Positions 8,650 to 18,237 are shown, numbered from the stretch's first letter. The stretch: DNA of 64,000 bases from Candidatus Obscuribacterales bacterium (GCA_036703785.1 DATNQY010000219.1:9908-73907); one strand, 5' to 3'. Translations and numbers: made by a program. The notes: a model not told the origin generated them from the sequence alone.

Positions 8650-8828
8650 CGATACGGTCAAAACCACTCTGGTAGCGGGTTTTAAGACTTTAGTATGGCA
8701 GGATTAAGACGCGTGTCGACTTTAGTGGGAGATCCCGCGTCTTCACCCCCCAAATGGGTGACGTCAGGTGTTCCCTTACAAACTACCCTTCAGGTACGCT
8801 CTTGCGGCATCCGAGGCACGTAACCACG

Positions 8829-9686
8829 ATGATGACATTTGGTGAGCTATGGGCTTTGTACTTCGAGCGGCACGTAAAAGCCCGTCTCAAACGAACCGAT
8901 AACGCGCACTACTTCTATAAATGTCATGGCAGTCGGTGGGCTGAAACGCCGGTGCCGGAAATTACTCGTGGGCAACTCCAAGACTGGATCGATACGTTAG
9001 GCGCCACCAGAGGACAAAGCGGCGCCAATAGAGCCATAAACCAGATGGCAGCTGTCATCAATTGGGGAATCCGTCGCGGCTACTTTACCGGACTAGAAAA
9101 TCCTTGCCGGTATGTTGATAGGTTCGATGAGGTTCCACGCAGCCGGTTCCTTCTGCCGGAAGAGATCGATCGCTTCCGGAAAGCACTCGAGCAAGAGCCG
9201 CCGATCATGCGCGACTTCTTTTGGATGTGCCTTTTGACCGGAGCACGAAGGGGCAACGTCGCCAGTATGCGGTGGGATAGGATCGACACGCAGCTGGCAA
9301 TCTGGACGATTCCAGCCGCTGATTTTAAAAATCGAAGTGAACACGTGATAGCGCTCAGCCAGGCTGCCTTGGCGATTCTGCAGCGGCGGGCTCAAGACCC
9401 CGTAGCTTCATCCTGGGTATTCCCAAGTAAGGGCAAGACCGGACACATCGTTGAACCGAAACGAGCTTGGGCAAGAGTCCTGAAACGATCCGGACTGGAT
9501 GATGTTCATATACACGATTTGCGGAGAACGGTCGGTAGCTATCTCGCCATACAAGGCGCTGACGGTTTTCTAATAGCTAAAATTCTTGGGCATAAGGATC
9601 TAAGATCTACGGCGGTCTATGCCAGGCTCAACCTAGATCCCGCCAGAAAAGCATTGGAGAGAATCCAGACGACCATGCTAAGCTAG
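8829..9686 (+). CDS. int: tyrosine recombinase / phage integrase
   Basis: The C-terminal catalytic region HDLRRTVGSYLA...LGHKDLRSTAVYARL carries the R..HxxR..Y signature. Adjacent to attL. ATG at 8829 (MMTFGELW) is preferred over 8754. Confidence 0.85.
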   Translation: MMTFGELWALYFERHVKARLKRTDNAHYFYKCHGSRWAETPVPEITRGQLQDWIDTLGATRGQSGANRAINQMAAVINWGIRRGYFTGLENPCRYVDRFDEVPRSRFLLPEEIDRFRKALEQEPPIMRDFFWMCLLTGARRGNVASMRWDRIDTQLAIWTIPAADFKNRSEHVIALSQAALAILQRRAQDPVASSWVFPSKGKTGHIVEPKRAWARVLKRSGLDDVHIHDLRRTVGSYLAIQGADGFLIAKILGHKDLRSTAVYARLNLDPARKALERIQTTMLS

Positions 9687-9705
9687 GGCTCTTGGTTGAG
9701 CGACT

Positions 9706-9737
9706 GGCCGCCCTTTCTACTCGGGCGGTCTTTCGTT
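9706..9737 (+). terminator. intrinsic terminator after int
   Basis: GGCCGCCC-TTTCTACTC-GGGCGGTC followed by TTTCGTT. Confidence 0.55.
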
Positions 9738-9740
9738 CAG

Positions 9741-9769
9741 TTGCCAAAAGTTAAGCTGTAGCGTAAGCT
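9741..9769 (+). promoter_or_regulatory. sigma70-like promoter with conserved GTTAAGCTRTAGCG spacer (head of the rightward arm)
   Basis: TTGCCA, a 17-nt spacer (AAAGTTAAGCTGTAGCG) and TAAGCT. Near-identical architecture at 28736-28764. Confidence 0.5.
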
Positions 9770-9802
9770 GATAAGCTACCAGCTACAGGGAGATACCTAT
9801 AA

Positions 9803-10438
9803 ATGTCATCAGCTACTAAATCGCCTGACGCCGCGCTACGCGAGGCGGTCCAAGGAAAGTCTAAGTCACTTCCGCCTCATGTTGTCGCAACATTCACCGG
9901 GGACTACTACAAGTCCGCCGGCACCAAAGGCAAGGACTACGCACCGTACACTAAAGAGGTCAAAGTCCCTCTGTCCGTTATAGAGTTTGAAGGTCTTACA
10001 CCCGTGGCGTTTTTCGAGAAACACCACGCCGAGAAAATGGTCCGCGAACTAGGCGGCATTGTCAGCGCCGATAGTCGACATACCCGTATCTGCGAACTGG
10101 TGGAAGTCAAAGGCGACTTACCGCGCGGGATTACGCTAGATCAAAAACTCAATTGGACGGCAGACTACGCCAAGCTACGAGAGATCGCTATCGACATGGG
10201 CAAGGTTTCGTACGTCCGTATCGACTTGATGGACGAGAAGCGCTACCAGGAAAGCGTAGCCATCATCCCTGAGCTGTACCCGACAGCCGCGAAGTTGCGA
10301 AACGCAATTAAGACTCTGAGTAATCCGGACTCGCGGGAAGCTTTCGCCCGCGATCAAGCCAAGCTTGAACAGGATTACAAGGAAGGCAAAGGGATGCCGA
10401 AAGACATGCTGGCGGAGATCGCCGCTCTTGCAGACTAA
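9803..10438 (+). CDS. hypothetical phage protein (211 aa)
   Basis: Tracked ORF with GGGAGA RBS-like sequence upstream. First gene after the promoter at 9741. Confidence 0.6.
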   Translation: MSSATKSPDAALREAVQGKSKSLPPHVVATFTGDYYKSAGTKGKDYAPYTKEVKVPLSVIEFEGLTPVAFFEKHHAEKMVRELGGIVSADSRHTRICELVEVKGDLPRGITLDQKLNWTADYAKLREIAIDMGKVSYVRIDLMDEKRYQESVAIIPELYPTAAKLRNAIKTLSNPDSREAFARDQAKLEQDYKEGKGMPKDMLAEIAALAD

Positions 10439-10820
10439 TTTTCCTGACTCTGATTTCCAGCGCGCTACCGCAGAGCCACCGGCGCTATTGACGCCGGTGG
10501 CTCCCTTCCAGCCTGAACCTGAAAAGCCGAAGTCTCTAAAAGAGCTGGCATCGAAGTACAGGGAGAAGGCAATCGACACTCTGGCAGAAATTCTCGACGA
10601 CGAGAACGCCGGTCACATGTCGAAGATAGCCGCGGCTAATTCTATCCTTGACCGAACAGACGGCAAGCCCACTCAGTTCGTCGAGCAGACAACCAAGGTT
10701 CTCACCTATCAAGACTTACTGACTCAGATCGCAGTCAGAGAAGAAAAATTTGTGGAAGTCATAGAAGCGCAGTCAGTCAAGGAAATAGCGGCTGAAAAGG
10801 AATGGCGCGAACTCCTATGA
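10428..10820 (+). CDS. putative terminase small subunit (start uncertain)
   Basis: Lies immediately upstream of, and overlapping, the large terminase. AAANSILDRTDGKP resembles the LDRGxGKP motif I associate with small terminases. The tracked ATG at 10365 overlaps the previous gene by 74 nt. TTG 10428 (GGAGA RBS) and TTG 10488 are alternatives. Confidence 0.4.
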   Translation: MQTNFPDSDFQRATAEPPALLTPVAPFQPEPEKPKSLKELASKYREKAIDTLAEILDDENAGHMSKIAAANSILDRTDGKPTQFVEQTTKVLTYQDLLTQIAVREEKFVEVIEAQSVKEIAAEKEWRELL

Positions 10821-12469
10821 CCGCCATGAGACTGACTGAGCAAGAGATCGAGATTCACCGCCGGCTTGTTACCGACTACGAATTTTTCGCGCGCCACATC
10901 CAGAAGATCGAGCCAAAGGATCTGACCGAACTTGACGGCGACGTCTTGGCTCAGTACGACGCCCTACACGGCGAAGACTCCATAGCCGGGATGATCCCGC
11001 TTGTCCCTCACCCGGGACAAAAGAGACTTCTGGGATTCCGCACGGCGATGCTTGCGGAGTTGGGCTTAGTGCGCGCTGCCCTAGTCAAGCCCCGTCAGGT
11101 CGGTTGGTCAACAATCATTCAAGGATTAGCGAACTGGCTAGCCGGCAAGACGCCGGGAATGAAGATCCATATCGTCAGCCACAACGCCGAGTCGACCCGG
11201 AAATTCTTGCGGCGAGCTCGGAAGATGGCACTTGCCGCACCACCAACGGTGACGCCCGCCAAGCAAGTCGAGAACAGCAAAGAATTGATTTTTGCCAACG
11301 GCGCAAGCTATTCAATAGCCACCGCCGGATCTCCTGACTCGGTCCGTTCTGATAGTTTCCACTTTGGTCATTTCTCCGAAGAGGCATTCTGGCCTGATCC
11401 GATAGCTTCCACCGGCGCTATCATTCCCGCCTTGTCCGACGGCGTAGGCTCAGAGGGCTACCGGGAATCTACCGCGCAAGGCCGCGGTACGCCGTGGCAC
11501 CTATTCATTCAAGAATGTCTTGCCGGCGAGAACCGTTGGAAGGTGTTCTTCGATCCGTGGTTTGCTCACCCGAAATATCGCTTACAGCCGCCGGAAGGTT
11601 GGCGGCCGGACGAAGAGGCTTTGGAAGCGCAGCGGCTGTATAACCTCGACATGGCTCAACTCTACTGGCGAGCCATGAAGATCAAAGACCTCCGCGCCTT
11701 GTGGATGTTTAAGCAAGAGTTTCCGGCGACCATTGACGAAGCGTTCCAGTCCTCAGCCAGTACGCTATACAATCCTGACGCTGTTACGCAGGCGCGGAAG
11801 AACGGTAGGCTCGGCATAATCGCGCCGGACGCGCACGCCCCGATCATTATTGGCTGTGACCCGGCACGCACCGGCGACCGGACGGCATTAGCTATCCGCC
11901 AGGGAAGCGTACTCCATGAAGTACGCCGCTGGCCCAAAATGGATGATATGCAATTGGTAGGTATTATAGCCAATCTGCTTACTAATCCATATAAAGGACA
12001 GCACATCAAGAAATGCTTTATAGACTACGCCATAGGTCAAGGTGTAGTCAGTCGTTTACGGGAGCTAGGATTTTTTATGCAAGTACAAGCGGTCCATTTT
12101 GCAGAAGCGCCGACCGATCCGCGCTTCCTGAACAAGCGCGCAGAAATGTTTTTCAGTATCCGCGATTGGCTTGGCGACTCAGGCTTACTCGTCTCGATTC
12201 CTGATGACGAAGCGCTAGCAGCCGACCTTTTAGCTATTCCTGATTTCCTACAATCAATAGGATCGGAAAAGATTAAGCTGGCATCGAAAGACGAAATCAA
12301 GAAGGAATACGGCAGATCGCCGGACCTTGCCGACGCCGTAGCCTTGACCTTTGCCTACCCGGTGATGGGCGAGCGGATAGCTGAGCTACAGCAGTTCGCT
12401 AGGCACAACTTAACCCATGTGCCGGGCAGCGAGATAGCTAAGTTGATGAGTGACTTTGAAGCGCGGTAA
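10802..12469 (+). CDS. terL: terminase large subunit
   Basis: 555 aa with a Walker-A-like KPRQVGWST. Position is just before the portal, and the C-terminal nuclease-like region has conserved acidic residues. Confidence 0.75.
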   Translation: MARTPMTAMRLTEQEIEIHRRLVTDYEFFARHIQKIEPKDLTELDGDVLAQYDALHGEDSIAGMIPLVPHPGQKRLLGFRTAMLAELGLVRAALVKPRQVGWSTIIQGLANWLAGKTPGMKIHIVSHNAESTRKFLRRARKMALAAPPTVTPAKQVENSKELIFANGASYSIATAGSPDSVRSDSFHFGHFSEEAFWPDPIASTGAIIPALSDGVGSEGYRESTAQGRGTPWHLFIQECLAGENRWKVFFDPWFAHPKYRLQPPEGWRPDEEALEAQRLYNLDMAQLYWRAMKIKDLRALWMFKQEFPATIDEAFQSSASTLYNPDAVTQARKNGRLGIIAPDAHAPIIIGCDPARTGDRTALAIRQGSVLHEVRRWPKMDDMQLVGIIANLLTNPYKGQHIKKCFIDYAIGQGVVSRLRELGFFMQVQAVHFAEAPTDPRFLNKRAEMFFSIRDWLGDSGLLVSIPDDEALAADLLAIPDFLQSIGSEKIKLASKDEIKKEYGRSPDLADAVALTFAYPVMGERIAELQQFARHNLTHVPGSEIAKLMSDFEAR

Positions 12470-12498
12470 TGTTAAGCTACGCCCGGAGGATAAGCTAC

Positions 12499-12801
12499 GT
12501 GGGATTTGGTGGATTATTTCATAGCGGTCCGTCTAGCGCTCAGATAAACGTGCAGAACGATTATCAAGCAGTAGCGGCAGCAGAACAAGCCCAGCAGCAA
12601 CAACAGGCAGCCGCGAACGCGGCTGCGGCTGCGCAGGACAGACAAACTATCGCCACTACGCAGCAGCAGTTTTCTAGCTCCATTTCCAACAAAGCAGCTG
12701 AGGCCGCAGTGCAACTCGGAATCCTGAACTATATCAAGACAAGTCCTGAAGGTCTTTCGAATAGTCCGAAGACTGGCAGGCTGACATTGTTGGGGAACTA
12801 G
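12499..12801 (+). CDS. small Gln/Ala-rich virion-module protein (GFGGLF N-terminus)
   Basis: GGAGGA RBS lies 8 nt before GTG 12499, giving an N-terminus (M)GFGGLFHSG paralogous to the N-terminus of 22284..22814. The tracked start is 12469. Confidence 0.55.
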   Translation: MGFGGLFHSGPSSAQINVQNDYQAVAAAEQAQQQQQAAANAAAAAQDRQTIATTQQQFSSSISNKAAEAAVQLGILNYIKTSPEGLSNSPKTGRLTLLGN

Positions 12802-14652
12802 ATGGAAGCAGGCACACCTTACTACGGAGACGGTAATTCGCTTGGTAATCTGACCATGCGGAAGTACCGACAGATGCTCACGCACCGTGACGGAATGCGG
12901 AACATCATCCGTTTGTTGTCCAAGTTCATTTTGCTGCGCAATGCTTGGTTTGGTGATTCAAGCTATCCAAATAGAGTGGTGCGGCTATCTGTTACTGACG
13001 TTTCCGACGATACCGCCATTGATGCCTCTCGTTCAGCTTCTACAGCTTTTGCCGCCGCGCTCTGGCCCAACGCCGAAGAATCCTTCGAAGCCGTCCCACA
13101 TCCTTTAATGCGTACGTCAGTCGAAGGCGAAGCTTTGCTACTTGACGAGGAAGTGAAGCGTTACTATGACCACATGACACACAAATTCCGCCAGCCATTC
13201 GCAGAGGCGGATTCGAACTTTTTGATCTCTTGGGGCGAACACTGGGACGAACAGATCGTACTTGGCACCAGTGGTATTTACGCCGAAGAGGACGAGTATA
13301 ACGACGAGATTCCATGCCGATTCAAGACTCTTTCGATTGAGACTTGCGTTATCGACGAAGGACCGGATCACAGAGTTGATACCTTCGCCATGGAGTACAC
13401 ATGGACCGTGCGCATGGTCGTCGAGAAGTATGGCATCGAGAACTGTTCGGCTCAGCTGCAAGAGCTTTACGGCACACCGGAAGGTCAAGACAGCTACGTC
13501 AAGATCATCTGCATGGTGCGTCCGCGGACAGGCATTAGCCCGATGGCGGACAAACGCGAAAAGAAAAACAAGCCTTACGCTTATATTTGTATGGAAGTCG
13601 CCACGCTGAACGTGCTTTACGAAGGCGGCTTGGACGAATTGTCTGGGTTTATGGCGAGATTCCGTAAACGCCCCGGCGAACTTTACGGCCGTAGTCTTGC
13701 CATGGATGCACTACCGACCGTAAAAGAGCAGAACGTTCTGCGTCGCGGATTCAGCTTGGCGCTCGGCAAGCAACTCGATCCACCGATTGGCTTCCGTCAA
13801 GATCAACTTGGCGGTGCTGGCACCGTCGATATTTCGATGGGTGCCAAGGTTCCGATTTACGATACTGGCGTCATTCCGCAAAGCCGTCCGCCGGTCGAGC
13901 CGCTAATCACGGTTCCTGAGCCGCGTGTAGCTAATGAGCGGATGACGAATATCGAAGAGAAGATAAATCAGAAATTCTTACTCGATAAGTTGTTGGACTT
14001 TAACAACAAAACACGGATGACGCTTGGCGAAGCGCAACTGCGGACAGACTTCCGTAACCAGGCGCTCGGCAATTTATTCGCGCGTCAAATGACAGAAATA
14101 TTGCACCCGCTCATTATGTGGGTAATCCGTCTGTACTGGCGGCGCGGATTCTGCGGACTACACCCGGTCAAAGACTTCGTCACTATCCAACTTATGAAGC
14201 AGGCAGGACAGCAGCCGCTAGTCATGCCAAAACCGGTGGCGGACTTCTACGACAAAACCGGCAAACTTCCATTCGCAATCCGGTTTACCTCGCCGGCAGC
14301 TCGCGCTATGCGCGCTGATGCACTTATGGGCCTCGAGAAGCTGACGAACTTCGTGCTGGCACTCGTGACCGGCGGCGCAGCCGAAGCGATGGATAATCTC
14401 GACGTCGACGAAACTGTAAGGCTCTATCAGCACCACGTAGGCGCACCGAACAAAGCACTGCTTCCGGCAGACAAGCGGGACAAGGCGCGGAAGATCCGGC
14501 AACAAGCGCAGGCGAATATCCGTAATCTCGAAGCGCAAGAACAACAATCAGTCGTCGCTAAGAACCAGGCGAAGGCAGCAAAAGACAACGCACAAGCCGG
14601 CGTAGGTCAAGCGCCACAGCAACAGGGAGCATTAAACATTGGGGCGGCGTAA
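12802..14652 (+). CDS. portal (head-to-tail connector) protein
   Basis: 616 aa, immediately after terL and before scaffold and capsid. The acidic/basic Q-rich C-terminal tail is typical of podovirus portals. Confidence 0.65.
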   Translation: MEAGTPYYGDGNSLGNLTMRKYRQMLTHRDGMRNIIRLLSKFILLRNAWFGDSSYPNRVVRLSVTDVSDDTAIDASRSASTAFAAALWPNAEESFEAVPHPLMRTSVEGEALLLDEEVKRYYDHMTHKFRQPFAEADSNFLISWGEHWDEQIVLGTSGIYAEEDEYNDEIPCRFKTLSIETCVIDEGPDHRVDTFAMEYTWTVRMVVEKYGIENCSAQLQELYGTPEGQDSYVKIICMVRPRTGISPMADKREKKNKPYAYICMEVATLNVLYEGGLDELSGFMARFRKRPGELYGRSLAMDALPTVKEQNVLRRGFSLALGKQLDPPIGFRQDQLGGAGTVDISMGAKVPIYDTGVIPQSRPPVEPLITVPEPRVANERMTNIEEKINQKFLLDKLLDFNNKTRMTLGEAQLRTDFRNQALGNLFARQMTEILHPLIMWVIRLYWRRGFCGLHPVKDFVTIQLMKQAGQQPLVMPKPVADFYDKTGKLPFAIRFTSPAARAMRADALMGLEKLTNFVLALVTGGAAEAMDNLDVDETVRLYQHHVGAPNKALLPADKRDKARKIRQQAQANIRNLEAQEQQSVVAKNQAKAAKDNAQAGVGQAPQQQGALNIGAA

Positions 14653-14950
14653 GAAACAAGAGGTCGCAACACCTACGCTTATAGCGGAGCTGCAAGCACT
14701 GGGCTTGTCTGTCGAAGACGTTTTGCGCGCTTTCGACTCAGTAGCTAACACGCCGGACGGTGAGATTGTCTTGCGAGCGATCTTCGAGCTGTCGCGCTAT
14801 GACAAAGGGGTCATGACCTACGACGCCAACACCAGTGATCTCAACGTCAACGCGACGATTTATAACCTATCAAAGCGCGACGTATGGCTGAAGTTTCGCC
14901 AGTATCTGACAGCGGAAAAACGTGCCCTAATCGAAAACAAGGAGAACTAA
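14639..14950 (+). CDS. hypothetical phage protein (103 aa)
   Basis: TTG start with an AGGGAG RBS; overlaps the portal stop. Confidence 0.45.
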   Translation: MGRRKKQEVATPTLIAELQALGLSVEDVLRAFDSVANTPDGEIVLRAIFELSRYDKGVMTYDANTSDLNVNATIYNLSKRDVWLKFRQYLTAEKRALIENKEN

Positions 14951-14954
14951 TCAA

Positions 14955-15878
14955 ATGGATGGAGTCGCAGTAGAAACAGGTGGTGGCATTGCAGCCACCG
15001 TACCAACACAGGGAGCGCCCCCCGCGCCGGCACCAGCAATGCCAGCATTTATGGATATCGTGCCGGCGGACTTGAGAGAAGAACAGTTCGTAAAGGACTT
15101 TGCTAAGGCAGAAAATCCCTTTGATGCTCTTTTCAAAGGCTATAAAGGCGCTCAAGAGCTGATCGGCAGAAAGTCAAATGCTGTCGAGATCCCCGGCGAG
15201 AACGCAACGCCTGAACAGGTCCAAGCTTATCGCAAAGCAGTCGGCGTTCCAGAAACGCCGGACGGTTATAAATTTTCTGAGCGTGACCTGTCGAAAGAAC
15301 CGGAAGCTGTTCAGAAAGTTTGGAAGGCCAGCGGCAATGACGCGCTGTATAAAGTAGTGGCGCAGGCAGCGCACGAAGCTGGGATCCCGCCGGCTCAGCT
15401 GGCTAAGCTAGTCGAGACGGTCGAAGGGCATAACCTGAACCAGATCAAGACTATGGTTGCCGCCGCACAACAAAGCGCCGAACAGCAAAACGTCAAGATC
15501 AAAGAGGACTTCGCCAAGTTCTATGGTGGTCAGGACAAAGCCGACGCCGCGCGCCGGATTGGCGAAGAGACTTTGAAAAAAGTCGGGATGCCCAAAGAGA
15601 TCGCGCAGATGGGAGCGGACGCCGCCCTTATCTGGTTGGCTAATACTTTGCACCAGAAGGTTTACAGCAATGACAAGCTTTCTACGAATGGCGGTGGCGC
15701 ACCACAAATGACCAAACAGGAGCTCCACAACAAGATCATGCAGGAACGCGCTAAAACCGATCCGCGCACCGGCAAGCCAATCTATTCAGATAAAGCGCAT
15801 CCTCAGCACAAACAACACTTTGCCTACGTTCAATCCTTATATAAGGATCTACACGAAATGGGCACGTCAAGCGAATAG
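14955..15878 (+). CDS. putative scaffolding protein
   Basis: 307 aa, Ala/Gln/Lys/Glu-rich and helical. Sits between portal and major capsid, as in T7-like gene order. Confidence 0.5.
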   Translation: MDGVAVETGGGIAATVPTQGAPPAPAPAMPAFMDIVPADLREEQFVKDFAKAENPFDALFKGYKGAQELIGRKSNAVEIPGENATPEQVQAYRKAVGVPETPDGYKFSERDLSKEPEAVQKVWKASGNDALYKVVAQAAHEAGIPPAQLAKLVETVEGHNLNQIKTMVAAAQQSAEQQNVKIKEDFAKFYGGQDKADAARRIGEETLKKVGMPKEIAQMGADAALIWLANTLHQKVYSNDKLSTNGGGAPQMTKQELHNKIMQERAKTDPRTGKPIYSDKAHPQHKQHFAYVQSLYKDLHEMGTSSE

Positions 15879-15910
15879 CTTTGAATGCGGGACGGACGAA
15901 ATACGTGCTG

Positions 15911-15940
15911 ACGACCTCGGATTAATTTCCGAGGTCGTTT
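15911..15940 (+). terminator. intrinsic terminator/attenuator between scaffold and capsid
   Basis: ACGACCTCGGA-TTAATT-TCCGAGGTCGT followed by TT. Confidence 0.6.
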
Positions 15941-15949
15941 AGCTATAGC

Positions 15950-15979
15950 TTGACAGATAAGCTATAACCGTAGTCTAAT
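15950..15979 (+). promoter_or_regulatory. sigma70-like promoter upstream of the capsid gene
   Basis: TTGACA (15950-15955), an 18-nt spacer containing GATAAGCTATAAC, then TCTAAT (15974-15979). Confidence 0.4.
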
Positions 15980-16102
15980 TACGGCCGTGGGTAGCCCGAG
16001 AGCGGGGTCCACAGTCTAAAGAGTGTCCGGCATAGTCCGGGGAGCGCTTCCAAGACCGACAGCCAAAAGAAGGTTTGTCACTCTCTTGGAGCGTTTTTCG
16101 CT

Positions 16103-16999
16103 ATGTCAGATTTAAACGTCACGATTCAACAGCACTGGGTTAACTCGTTCAGCGACACAGTTTTTGAACTTGCCCAGCAAACGAAAGCGCGACTGCGCGA
16201 ACTCTGCGAATTTGAGCCGATTGTCGGCGCCAATAGATTCCTGGATCGGGTCGGCAGCGTCGACGTTCAGGACATCAATACCAGATCTCCTGAAATCGTG
16301 CCGTCTGACCTGCAATGGGACAGACGCCTCGCCACGCCTAACCGCGTGGGCGTTGCGTTCTTCGTAGACCGCAGGGATATCGAGCGCGTTCTGACCGATC
16401 CTAAGAGCACATACGCCAAGCGTGCGGCACAAGCTCTGGAACGCGACTTTGACCGCACCTGTATTTCCAGTTTGGCCGCAACCGTCTTTACTGGACAGAA
16501 CGGCACCACTCCCGTTACCGCCGCCACTGACGGCGTCGCTACGGTGGACGGTACTCCTGGCTTCACTTATGACCTGATGCTGCAGGTAGACCAAAACTTC
16601 CAAGCTTACGAGATTGGAACGGAAGTCGGACTGCGTAAATTCTTGCTGATCTCTGAGCAAGAACACGCACAGCTCATGAAAGAAGGCGAGCTGATCAACA
16701 AAGACTTCACTGACCGCGCCGTGGTTGATTCCGGCAAGATCAAGCAAGTCATGGACTTCGACGTAGTTCAGTTCGGATCCAAGATGCCTATTCCGATGCT
16801 GCCGGTAACGGGTTCCGTCCGTCAGTGCTTCGCCGCCGTTTCCGGTCAAATGAAGGTCGTCATGCCTTCGACCTGGGATATCGAATGGCAGCCGCGTAAC
16901 GACCGCTGGAAGACTGATCAACTGCTCGCCTCCGGCGAACGCGGCTTTGTCCGTATGCAGGGTCAAGGCATCCAGATCATTAACGCCACTGCGACATAA
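16103..16999 (+). CDS. major capsid protein
   Basis: 298 aa directly after the scaffold gene and preceded by its own promoter. The mirror ORF 16112..16966(-) is judged spurious. Confidence 0.7.
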   Translation: MSDLNVTIQQHWVNSFSDTVFELAQQTKARLRELCEFEPIVGANRFLDRVGSVDVQDINTRSPEIVPSDLQWDRRLATPNRVGVAFFVDRRDIERVLTDPKSTYAKRAAQALERDFDRTCISSLAATVFTGQNGTTPVTAATDGVATVDGTPGFTYDLMLQVDQNFQAYEIGTEVGLRKFLLISEQEHAQLMKEGELINKDFTDRAVVDSGKIKQVMDFDVVQFGSKMPIPMLPVTGSVRQCFAAVSGQMKVVMPSTWDIEWQPRNDRWKTDQLLASGERGFVRMQGQGIQIINATAT

Positions 17000-17054
17000 G
17001 CAGCGGAATAACGGCGGACTAATTCAAATTTCAAGCTAACGCAGAGGAAAGACC

Positions 17055-17579
17055 ATGGCTGTACAAAATTACTGGAACAACCTGACCAACAACCCGCCGC
17101 AGGCAACGCCGGCAGGACAGGACGCAGAATACTCCAACACTGGTATTCGTCCTCATATCCTAGAGAACAGCGCTTCTGTGGCGGCGGCAGACAGCTCCGG
17201 TTCTACTTATCTCCTGTTCAAAAACGTTCCTTGGAACGCCCGGCTTAGAGAGCTGAAGCTTGAGAACGACAACTTAGGCGCCGGCGCTCAGATCCAGATC
17301 GGACTGGCTGATTCCCGCACCGGCACTATCATAAGTGCGACCTGTCTGTCAGCCGCGCAAAGCGCCGCTGCCGCTAATGGCAAGAACGCACCGCTTGATG
17401 GGCTCGCCGCTCTGACTCACGCTCAGACCTTGCAGGCTCTGTACGAAACTGCACTCGACACGCCGATCCCTCCGCAGGGACCGTACCGGTTTAACTATGA
17501 CGTTGTGATGACGCTAAGTACTGCCGGCGGTTCCGCAGGCGTTGTCACCGCACGCGGCATACTGACGCCGGCAGGCTAA
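17055..17579 (+). CDS. hypothetical virion-module protein (174 aa)
   Basis: GAGGAAAG RBS; follows the capsid gene. Confidence 0.55.
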   Translation: MAVQNYWNNLTNNPPQATPAGQDAEYSNTGIRPHILENSASVAAADSSGSTYLLFKNVPWNARLRELKLENDNLGAGAQIQIGLADSRTGTIISATCLSAAQSAAAANGKNAPLDGLAALTHAQTLQALYETALDTPIPPQGPYRFNYDVVMTLSTAGGSAGVVTARGILTPAG

Positions 17580-17613
17580 ACCAAGCCTGACGGAACACAC
17601 TACCCCGAAGAGG

Positions 17614-18222
17614 ATGATCATGCGCAAAATTGTTCTAGCTATCTTGACTTTATTCACTGTCGCACTGCCGGCGGTGGCGCAGGTCAGTGAACCTCTGCAG
17701 TTCGAATATAAGTTCCGAGCACCGGCACTCTTCACCAAAACCGCCGTTTTCACGATTGGATCCGGCGGGCAGAAAATGGATAACTACGGCACCATTTTCC
17801 GCACGCAAGGAACTGTTAGCTCGGTTACTTCCGGCACGACTACCGTAGGCGTGACGCTTCCGGCTCGCACACTTATCTCGAACGGGCACGGTATTCGGCT
17901 GCGCGTTGCGGGACGCTGCGCAGCTAACGCTAACGCCAAGACGATTAACGTCGTATTCGGCTCGGCCACAATTCAAATTCTCAACGCCGTAGCGTCAAAC
18001 GGCAAGGATTTTTATGCTGACGTGATGATTTACCGTACTGGACTGAATGCTCAGCAAATCTCGGTAGCCGGCTATGCCAACGGCGCGCTTATCGACAACC
18101 TGTCTACGGCGACTACGCAAGTAGAGACCGGCACACTTGCCTTGCAAGTGCAAGTCCCAGCCTCAACAGGTGCCGCCGACGTTGTGATCAACGACGTTTC
18201 GATTTTCGGTGAATCTGGGTAA
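17614..18222 (+). CDS. hypothetical protein with N-terminal signal peptide (202 aa)
   Basis: MIMRKIVLAILTLFTVALPAVAQVSEP is a positive n-region, a hydrophobic core and AVA-Q. GAAGAGG RBS. Confidence 0.55.
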   Translation: MIMRKIVLAILTLFTVALPAVAQVSEPLQFEYKFRAPALFTKTAVFTIGSGGQKMDNYGTIFRTQGTVSSVTSGTTTVGVTLPARTLISNGHGIRLRVAGRCAANANAKTINVVFGSATIQILNAVASNGKDFYADVMIYRTGLNAQQISVAGYANGALIDNLSTATTQVETGTLALQVQVPASTGAADVVINDVSIFGESG

Positions 18223-18237
18223 TGGCGGAGGTCTTTT

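Noticed and set aside
8680-8745. TTAAGAC direct repeats and the AAGACGCG..CGCGTCTT inverted repeat between attL and int, considered as possible arm-type integrase sites
   Set aside because: They are short (7-8 bp) and I found no matching copies near attR, so they cannot be distinguished from chance by eye.
16112-16966. 284-aa minus-strand ORF inside the capsid gene
   Set aside because: It is the antisense shadow of the major capsid ORF. It is oriented against the whole late operon and has an Arg/Leu-rich composition.
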